DNA of 4,289 nt from a virus (Duplodnaviria > Heunggongvirae > Uroviricota > Caudoviricetes). How positions within the stretch are numbered: position 1 is the stretch's first letter; each line of letters opens with the position of its first letter. Below the pieces are notes generated by a model. The model saw only the letters and a program-made list of their open reading frames with translations, was not told the origin of the DNA and did not search any database. Below are positions 1-4,289 of this stretch, one piece after another. The position numbers and the translations under genes were made by a program. Location of the stretch: IMG/VR virus record IMGVR_UViG_2585427750_000005; one strand, written 5' to 3'.

Positions 1-1
1 A

Positions 2-163
2 ACCCGCAACATCCGCTTTCCTAACCAAATGATTGAACAAATTAACATCGCTCTTGAGCAAAAAGGGTCCGGGAATTTCTCAGCCTGGGTCATTGAAGCC
101 TGCCGTCGGAGACTAACGTCAGAAAAGAGAGCATATACATCAATCCAAAGTGATGATGGATGA
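2..163 (+). CDS. Partial CDS (5' end outside window): C-terminal part of a small ribbon-helix-helix-like (CopG/Arc-type) DNA-binding protein
   Basis: Open frame enters from the window start and stops at TGA 161-163. Translation ...NQMIEQINIALEQKGSGNFSAWVIEACRRRLTSEKRAYTSIQSDDG shows a helix / G-x-N turn / helix pattern typical of the RHH fold. The internal ATG at 29-31 has no Shine-Dalgarno, so the start is probably upstream of the window. Convergent to the minus-strand operon. Not in the supplied ORF track (edge-truncated). Confidence 0.3.
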   Translation, partial: TRNIRFPNQMIEQINIALEQKGSGNFSAWVIEACRRRLTSEKRAYTSIQSDDG

Positions 164-374
164 ACATCCCGGTTTCTTCCACCATCGCACCGGAAAAGCG
201 ACTATGAGGGTAACCCTGCGTCTGTCAGCACAGTAAAACCCGGTGTGCATCGTTTTTGATTATTCCCGCACACTCACGCAGAGGAGTTCCCCGTCGGGCT
301 ACGGTCATGGTTAATGCGGGAATACGGCGACGATACAGCGCATGATGTGTCTGGCCTGAATACCTTTATCCGTT

Positions 375-400
375 AAAAGGGATATCAGTTAAGTTATCCC
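375..400 (-). terminator. Candidate weak intrinsic terminator downstream of rha
   Basis: On the minus strand: GGGATA (loop of 10 nt) TATCCC followed directly by TTTT, about 58 nt after the rha stop. Stem is only 6 bp and AT-rich and the T-tract is short. Confidence 0.25.
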
Positions 401-457
401 GTGCAGGGTATAAGCCATTATCAAGCCCACCCGTAGATAGGCTTTGTAATGACATCT

Positions 458-982
458 TCAATTAATCAGCAGTTCAGGCTGTGTCACCTGCAAAATGTAT
501 TCATGCTCGACAGCCAGGACACGCTTCTCTCTCTTCCGTTCGTTCATTAACCGACTGCCGATCGTACCTTTCAGCTTTGAGCGTGTTTCTTTGATGGCGT
601 AGCGGTGCTGCATTTCTTCGCCAATTGCCATGCGGCGGCTCAGTTGCTCTGCCATCCAGTTGAATGCTGCGATATAGCTCTCCTTGATTGCCGCAGCAGC
701 TTTCCCGGTGAACCCCATCACAACCATGATCCAGCCATCTTTCGTCAGGCTGTACATCGGGCGAACCTTGCCCTGCTCATCGATATAATCAGCCGACGCA
801 AAATTGCGTTGGCTAAACTCACGCGAGCAATCAGCCTTAACCTGCTCGATTTTCCTGAGAACATCACCGTGTCGCTTGCCGAAGTACTTGGCAATTTTTC
901 TGGATGTGGTAACGACCTCTCCGTTTTTGGCTTGCACCATTTCTCGGAAGTCGAAGGCTGGAATAACTGAATGATTATTCAT
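458..982 (-). CDS. rha: Rha-family phage regulatory protein (antirepressor-like)
   Basis: Translation from ATG at 982-980: MNNHSVIPAFDFREMVQAKNGEVVTTSRKIAKYFGKRHGDVLRKI...YSLTKDGWIMVVMGFTGKAAAAIKESYIAAFNWMAEQL, the signature of the phage Rha N-terminal domain. The supplied 255-aa ORF is trimmed to this Met because the upstream in-frame extension runs through a terminator hairpin and has no RBS. Weak SD AAGG about 10 nt upstream. Position downstream of the lysis cassette is typical for rha in P22/phi80-like phages. Confidence 0.85.
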   Translation of the reverse strand: MNNHSVIPAFDFREMVQAKNGEVVTTSRKIAKYFGKRHGDVLRKIEQVKADCSREFSQRNFASADYIDEQGKVRPMYSLTKDGWIMVVMGFTGKAAAAIKESYIAAFNWMAEQLSRRMAIGEEMQHRYAIKETRSKLKGTIGSRLMNERKREKRVLAVEHEYILQVTQPELLIN

Positions 983-1124
983 AGCGTCTTTACCTTTTAG
1001 AAAGTGAGCCTGTCTCACAGAAAAGCCGCCCGAGAGAGGTCGCCACCTATAACGGCATTTCTCAGGCTCTCTTACTGAAAGGCTCTCGTTAATATGCGCG
1101 TGAGATGCGCTGTGAAATTCAGAT

Positions 1125-1149
1125 ATAAAAAGCCCCGCGAATGCGAGGC
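1125..1149 (-). terminator. Rho-independent terminator closing the lysis cassette
   Basis: Minus strand reads GCCTCGC-ATTC-GCGGGGC (7-bp stem, 6 GC pairs plus one G-U, 4-nt loop) followed immediately by TTTTTAT. It lies about 175 nt after the Rz stop and is oriented for minus-strand transcription only. Confidence 0.5.
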
Positions 1150-1324
1150 TAAATCCTGGTATTTGTAATGAACTGGCTCTTATCTCAACACAGCCCCTTA
1201 CCGCGTGCCATATGCTCAACTTCAAGCATCAGCAATGAGATGTTTAATCTGGATTCACTCCAGAAGTGATCACCACCCTGTCTACAGAGCCAGATGTGAA
1301 GGATGATGAGTAAAATTATCGCTA

Positions 1325-1792
1325 TCATCGAAGGCATTGCGTCCTGATGTATTCCTGAAGCGTTCTCAGTGCTGTCTGGTCTCTGATAATTCCGTCCCGG
1401 ACACCGAGAACGTTTCGTCCAGCAACTGGAGAGAGTTCGACGGTGGCATCATTGCCCATGCCGGAGGCGCCGGAGGTTTCGGCTGAGGATGGCACAGGGC
1501 ATTTTCCTTTGACGAGCACCCTGCCACCATTATCAAGCTTGCGCCGAAGAGCATCATTTTCAGCTTTCGCATCAGCTAACTCCTTCGTGTATTTAGCATC
1601 GAGTGCATCAGCAGCACGCTGGCGTTGCTGCATGTCAGTAATGGTGGCGGTCGCCTGCTTCAGCTCACTGACTTTTTTATCGCGCTGCTCTTTGTAGGCG
1701 ATTGCATTATCACGGTAATGATTAACAGCCCATGACAGGCAGACGACGATGCAGATAACCAGAGCGGAAATAATCGCGGTGACTCTGCTCAT
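1325..1792 (-). CDS. Rz: Rz inner-membrane spanin (i-spanin)
   Basis: N-terminal TM anchor [30 protein letters not shown] plus coiled-coil region; the first ~85 aa closely resemble lambda Rz as recalled. Start ATG overlaps the R stop (ATGA). The C-terminal half diverges from lambda. Confidence 0.9.
   Translation of the reverse strand: MSRVTAIISALVICIVVCLSWAVNHYRDNAIAYKEQRDKKVSELKQATATITDMQQRQRAADALDAKYTKELADAKAENDALRRKLDNGGRVLVKGKCPVPSSAETSGASGMGNDATVELSPVAGRNVLGVRDGIIRDQTALRTLQEYIRTQCLR
1366..1572 (-). CDS. Rz1: Rz1 outer-membrane lipoprotein spanin (o-spanin), embedded in the +1 frame of Rz
   Basis: Translation [44 protein letters not shown]...: signal peptide with lipobox V-A-G-C, proline-rich mature region. 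SD AAGGAG 7 nt upstream of the ATG. Lies entirely inside Rz, the known lambda Rz/Rz1 architecture. Confidence 0.8.
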   Translation of the reverse strand: MRKLKMMLFGASLIMVAGCSSKENALCHPQPKPPAPPAWAMMPPSNSLQLLDETFSVSGTELSETRQH

Positions 1793-2265
1793 ACCTCAAT
1801 CTCTCTGACCGTTCCGCCTGCTTCTTTGAATTTTGCAATCAGGCTGTCAGCCTTATGCTCGAACTGACCATAACCAGCGCCCGGCAGTGAAGCCCAGATA
1901 TTGCTGCAACGGTCGATAGCCTGACGAATATCACCGCGATCAATCATCGGCAAAGCGCCACGCTCCTTAATCTGCTGCAATGCCACAGCATCCTGGCTTT
2001 TAGGAGAGAAGTCTTTCAGGCCAAGCTGCTTACGATATGCATCCCACCAACGGGAAAGAAGCTGGTAACGTCCGGCGGCTGTTGATTTGAGTTTTGGGTT
2101 TAGCGTGACAAGTTTGCGAGGGTGATCGGAGTAATCAGTGAATAGCTCTCCGCCAACAATGACGTCATAACCATGATTTCTGGTTTTCTGACGTCCGTTA
2201 TCAGTTCCCTCTGACCACGCCAGCATATCGAGGAACGCCTTACGTTGATTATTGATTTCCACCAT
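1789..2265 (-). CDS. R: Endolysin R (lambda-type lytic transglycosylase)
   Basis: Translation [61 protein letters not shown]... is near-identical to lambda R as recalled. The start overlaps the S 3' end by 17 nt as in lambda. SD GGAG upstream. Confidence 0.95.
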   Translation of the reverse strand: MVEINNQRKAFLDMLAWSEGTDNGRQKTRNHGYDVIVGGELFTDYSDHPRKLVTLNPKLKSTAAGRYQLLSRWWDAYRKQLGLKDFSPKSQDAVALQQIKERGALPMIDRGDIRQAIDRCSNIWASLPGAGYGQFEHKADSLIAKFKEAGGTVREIEV

Positions 2266-2572
2266 CTTCTACTCCGGCTTTTTTAGCAGCGAAGCGTTTG
2301 ATAAGCGAACCAATCGAGTCAGTACCGATGTAGCCGATGAACACGCTCGTTATATAAGCGAGATTGCTACTTAGTCCGGCGAAGTCGAGAAGGTCACGAA
2401 TGAACCAGGCGATAATGGCGCACATCGTTGCGTCGATTACTGTTTTTGTAAACGCACCGCCATTATATCTGCCGCGAAGGTACGCCATTGCAAACGCAAG
2501 GATTGCCCCGATGCCTTGTTCCTTTGCCGCGAGAATGGCGGCTAACAGGTCATGTTTTTCTGGCATCTTCAT
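2249..2572 (-). CDS. S: Holin S (class I, lambda-type, S107/S105 dual start)
   Basis: Translation [107 protein letters not shown] is essentially lambda S as recalled. Met1-Lys2-Met3 dual-start motif; three hydrophobic segments; charged C-terminus. Confidence 0.95.
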   Translation of the reverse strand: MKMPEKHDLLAAILAAKEQGIGAILAFAMAYLRGRYNGGAFTKTVIDATMCAIIAWFIRDLLDFAGLSSNLAYITSVFIGYIGTDSIGSLIKRFAAKKAGVEDGGNQ

Positions 2573-2592
2573 GTCTTACCCCCAATAAGGGG
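2564..2592 (-). promoter_or_regulatory. S translational-control region: dual start codons (Met1 2572-2570, Met3 2566-2564) and upstream sdi-like stem-loop
   Basis: Minus strand reads CCCC(C)-TTATT-GGGGG-TAAGAC-ATG-AAG-ATG. The G-run serving as Shine-Dalgarno sits in the 3' arm of a short hairpin (plus 2579-2592), matching the lambda sdi arrangement that sets the antiholin to holin ratio. Confidence 0.5.
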
Positions 2593-2817
2593 ATTTGCTC
2601 TATTTAATTAGGAATAAGGTCGATTACTGATAGAACAAATCCAGGCTACTGTGTTTAGTAATCAGATTTGTTCGTGACCGATATGCACGGGCAAAACGGC
2701 AGGAGGTTGTTAGCGCAGCCTCTTGCTACCCGCTTTCACGAAGGTCATGTGTAGAAGGCCGCAGCATAACTATCACTGATGAATCTAGGATAGCCAGTGG
2801 CTACGGCTCAGTTTGGG

Positions 2818-2863
2818 TTGTGGCGGCCGGAATCGAACCGGCTTCCATCGGTGCGCTGCCGAT
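2818..2863 (-). other. tRNA-like fragment (anticodon-arm-like hairpin + canonical T-arm + partial acceptor); not an intact tRNA
   Basis: Minus strand: ATCGG-CAGCGCA-CCGAT (5-bp stem, 7-nt loop), then 4 nt, then GCCGG-TTCGATT-CCGGC (canonical T-stem/T-loop with G53-C61-type closing pair), then CGCCACAACCC. The spacing matches tRNA anticodon-arm / variable loop / T-arm geometry, but no D-arm, no U33/purine-37 in the loop, no matching 5' acceptor strand and no encoded CCA could be found. Confidence 0.3.
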
Positions 2864-3020
2864 TGCAGTACGCGCGGCGGTCAGATACATGACTAGTATT
2901 TTCACTATCGCCTATCTGCTAGCTCGCCATTGAGCTTCACCACAACGATAAGAGCACTGCGCGGCACCTTTCGCCAATTCCGCGAGGTCTGCGAGTTCAA
3001 TGCTCTTACCTGTTGTGCAA

Positions 3021-3062
3021 ATAAAAAAGCCACCGTTGCAACTTAAGAGTCACTAACGGCAG
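3021..3062 (-). terminator. Candidate tR'-like promoter-proximal terminator of the late operon
   Basis: Minus strand: CTGCCGTT (17-nt loop) AACGGTGG, then C, then TTTTTT-AT. 8-bp stem with two G-U pairs and a large loop, as in lambda tR'. The downstream sequence TGCACAACAGGTAAGAGCATTGA resembles the sequence just after lambda tR' as recalled. Confidence 0.4.
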
Positions 3063-3073
3063 CTTACCTTCTA

Positions 3074-3103
3074 ATTATGGCTAAATGGCTAATTGCATGT
3101 CAA
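3074..3103 (-). promoter_or_regulatory. Candidate late promoter pR' with qut-like features (sigma70 -35 TTGACA, -10 CATAAT, tandem repeat in the spacer)
   Basis: Minus strand: TTGACA (3103-3098), 18-nt spacer, CATAAT (3079-3074). The -35 lies inside the last Q codons and the -10 just after the Q stop. The spacer contains a perfect tandem direct repeat TTAGCCAT-TTAGCCAT (plus 3077-3092). A -10-like TAAGCT lies at about +2 to +7 of the predicted transcript, a possible sigma-dependent pause element. Confidence 0.45.
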
Positions 3104-3599
3104 GGCTTTTAACAGCAACATGCTTAACTTTCTCAACACGTTTACGCATTTTGAAAGCATTTTGCATCGGCTGGTATAAAACAAATAATGACGCTTTCAG
3201 GATGTCGTCAATTTCGTTTCTACAGGTTGCCAGTGAAGGTTTTCTCCATCCCTCGCCACCACGTCCACACATCTTGCGTGGCTTTGCAGTCGCGTGATAG
3301 TAGGATGCAATTGCTCGCTTAGATGAACCATGAGCGTAGTAGCTGAGGAGGATGCCAAAGGCTTTTTTGTCAATGTACATGACGGAATCGACGACCTGAG
3401 AAATCAACATTCCATCATCATCATTGCACATTGGCCTTGTCATAACTCTTCCCGGCTCTACGCTCTCCATGAACTTCGCTATTACGCTGCTCATGCGCTT
3501 TTCCAGACGACCTGAATAAACCCATGCGCCCCACAGTTCAAGCCAGCCATTCAGCCAATCGTGCTGTTCTTTGGTGAGGTTTAGTTCTCTTATGCTCAT
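3081..3599 (-). CDS. Q: Late-gene antiterminator Q, non-lambda type (QuuD/Q21/Q82-like family)
   Basis: 172 aa. Motifs LELWGAW, RPMCNDDDGMLI and LLSYYAHGSS align with the WGAW / CCDDD / YY pattern recalled for DLP12 QuuD-type antiterminators. Sits immediately upstream of the late promoter, leader and lysis genes. SD GAGGGG; start ATG overlaps the ninH stop (ATGA). Confidence 0.8.
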   Translation of the reverse strand: MSIRELNLTKEQHDWLNGWLELWGAWVYSGRLEKRMSSVIAKFMESVEPGRVMTRPMCNDDDGMLISQVVDSVMYIDKKAFGILLSYYAHGSSKRAIASYYHATAKPRKMCGRGGEGWRKPSLATCRNEIDDILKASLFVLYQPMQNAFKMRKRVEKVKHVAVKSLDMQLAI

Positions 3600-3784
3600 C
3601 GTCTTCCCCTCTTGTCCTGTTTGACCATCAGGACGCCGTTAACTATTACGTGACGCTCGCCTTTTCTGTCTCGGTTGTACTTGAGCACTGTTCCTCTTGC
3701 GCAGGAAAGCATCCTCGCCACTTCGGTCTGATTGCCTCGTGTCTGGATAAGAAGCTCTGGTATCGTTTGAATTGTGGCGTTCAT
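3596..3784 (-). CDS. ninH: NinH-like small DNA-binding protein
   Basis: Translation MNATIQTIPELLIQTRGNQTEVARMLSCARGTVLKYNRDRKGERHVIVNGVLMV... aligns with lambda NinH as recalled (TIPDMLVEAYGNQTEVARRLKCSRGTVRKY...HAIVNDVLMV). SD GGAG 7 nt upstream. Canonical position directly before Q. Confidence 0.8.
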   Translation of the reverse strand: MNATIQTIPELLIQTRGNQTEVARMLSCARGTVLKYNRDRKGERHVIVNGVLMVKQDKRGRR

Positions 3785-4142
3785 ACGTTCTCCAGTTCGG
3801 TGATTTTATTCCAAGCCGTCCGCCTGGTACTTTCACACCACGAATTACGCGAATGTCATCGAATTGCTCGTCGTCTTCCGCAAATCCGGCGTGGATAAGG
3901 GAGTCGAGTAAACCTTTCAGGATGTTGTCGAGGTCGCGGCGGCGGGAGTCTGGAACGTCTGCGATGACTTTGATGCGGAGTCGTGATTTGGTGAAAATGT
4001 CTAACTTAAGTTGGCGGATGATTTGCTGAACGTCTTTTCGGTATTTCTGGCCTTTATCGCTGATGTAGTATTGGCTTCCCCGTCTTCGCCAGTAGGTATT
4101 CACCGACGGCGGGTATGGAAGCACAAACTGATATTCGTTCAT
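3639..4142 (-). CDS. rusA: RusA Holliday-junction resolvase, with an unusual ~45-aa C-terminal extension
   Basis: The N-terminal ~115 aa (LPYPPSVNTYW..., PDSRRRDLDNILKGLLDSLIHAGFAEDDEQFDDIRV..., GGRLGIK) align with E. coli RusA (120 aa) as recalled. The frame then stays open for ~45 more basic, low-complexity residues that overlap ninH out of frame. Strong SD GGAGG; start overlaps the stop of the upstream gene (ATGA). Confidence 0.85.
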   Translation of the reverse strand: MNEYQFVLPYPPSVNTYWRRRGSQYYISDKGQKYRKDVQQIIRQLKLDIFTKSRLRIKVIADVPDSRRRDLDNILKGLLDSLIHAGFAEDDEQFDDIRVIRGVKVPGGRLGIKSPNWRTYERHNSNDTRASYPDTRQSDRSGEDAFLRKRNSAQVQPRQKRRASRNS

Positions 4143-4289
4143 GACTTAATCTTCCCCTCCTTCAGCAGTATCGCCTGCGTCCTGATCACGCCTTCGAGGT
4201 GGTAAAGTCTGGCGTCTTTGTTGTCGAGAATCCTTGTGCGTCGGTCGATCTCCGCGTGGCAGTCACTACAAGCCCATGCGCCGATCAGG
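4139..4289 (-). CDS. ybcO: Partial CDS (5' end outside window): YbcO-like DUF1364 putative nuclease, C-terminal 49 aa
   Basis: Minus-strand frame open from the window edge to TGA at 4139-4141. Translation LIGAWACSDCHAEIDRRTRILDNKDARLYHLEGVIRTQAILLKEGKIKS matches the C-terminus of DLP12 YbcO as recalled (CxxCH...IDRRT...LEG..RTQ..LKEG.IK). Gene order ybcO-rusA matches DLP12-type nin regions. Not in the supplied ORF track (edge-truncated and short). Confidence 0.55.
   Translation of the reverse strand, partial: LIGAWACSDCHAEIDRRTRILDNKDARLYHLEGVIRTQAILLKEGKIKS

Noticed and set aside
1-201. Minus-strand open frame running off the left edge (possible ATG at 93-91 or 48-46)
   Set aside because: No RBS before either ATG and it conflicts with the plus-strand RHH-like ORF, which has a more protein-like translation. 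Cannot be resolved without sequence beyond the window.
605-970. Plus-strand 121-aa ORF antisense to rha
   Set aside because: Entirely shadowed by the well-supported rha CDS on the opposite strand. No RBS and a low-complexity, Cys/His-rich translation typical of antisense frames.
983-1225. N-terminal 81-aa extension of the rha ORF given in the six-frame track (start at 1225)
   Set aside because: The extension has no RBS, no similarity to Rha N-termini and runs straight through the intrinsic terminator hairpin at 1125-1149. The Met at 982 begins the conserved Rha domain.
1150-1324. A bor-like lipoprotein gene on the plus strand after Rz, as in lambda
   Set aside because: The interval is too short and contains only tiny ORFs (23 codons or fewer) without signal peptide features.
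1443-1697. Plus-strand 84-aa ORF antisense to Rz/Rz1
   Set aside because: Antisense shadow of two overlapping bona fide spanin genes; no start context.
2364-2588. Plus-strand 74-aa ORF antisense to S
   Set aside because: Antisense shadow of the lambda-type holin gene.
2818-2900. An intact tRNA gene on the minus strand
   Set aside because: Only the anticodon-arm-like hairpin and T-arm fit. No D-arm, no U33/purine-37, no complementary 5' acceptor strand and no CCA could be found, so it is reported as a tRNA-like remnant only.
2815-2900. 29-codon minus-strand ORF (MYLTAARTAIGSAPMEAGSIPAATTQTEP) covering the tRNA-like element
   Set aside because: No Shine-Dalgarno, very short, and it coincides with a structured RNA-like region; most likely not translated.
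3085-3515. Plus-strand ORFs 3085-3297 and 3330-3515 antisense to Q
   Set aside because: Both lie inside the Q CDS on the opposite strand and have no RBS or recognisable domains.
3081-3599. Lambda-type Q (207 aa, zinc-finger) as the identity of this gene
   Set aside because: The protein is 172 aa and lacks the lambda Q sequence pattern; its motifs fit the QuuD/Q21/Q82-type family instead.
3650-4205. Plus-strand ORFs 3650-3898, 3772-4029 and 4011-4205 antisense to ninH, rusA and ybcO-like
   Set aside because: Antisense shadows of a tightly coupled minus-strand operon; translations are Ser/Arg-rich low complexity.
1-4289. CRISPR array, IS element / transposase, integrase or att site, or a defence operon (RM, TA, Abi, CBASS-like)
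   Set aside because: No spaced direct repeats, no terminal inverted repeats flanking a transposase-like ORF, and every sizeable ORF is accounted for by canonical lambdoid nin/Q/lysis/rha functions.

Overview
This 4.3-kb window is the late-regulation and lysis module of a lambdoid (lambda-like) enterobacterial phage or prophage. All confident genes lie on the minus strand, in transcription order (right to left): ybcO-like (3' end only), rusA, ninH, Q antiterminator (non-lambda QuuD/Q21/Q82 type), a candidate pR'/qut late promoter with a promoter-proximal terminator, a ~450-nt untranslated late leader containing a tRNA-like fragment, S holin, R endolysin, Rz/Rz1 spanins, an intrinsic terminator, and rha. 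A convergent partial plus-strand ORF (ribbon-helix-helix-like) enters at the left edge. I saw no rRNA, intact tRNA, CRISPR array or IS element. I do not find a self-contained undescribed system such as a defence operon; the points worth a second look are the compact late promoter with a tandem repeat, a tRNA-like remnant, a C-terminally extended RusA overlapping ninH, and mosaic joints. All homology statements rest on protein sequences recalled from memory, not on a database search.
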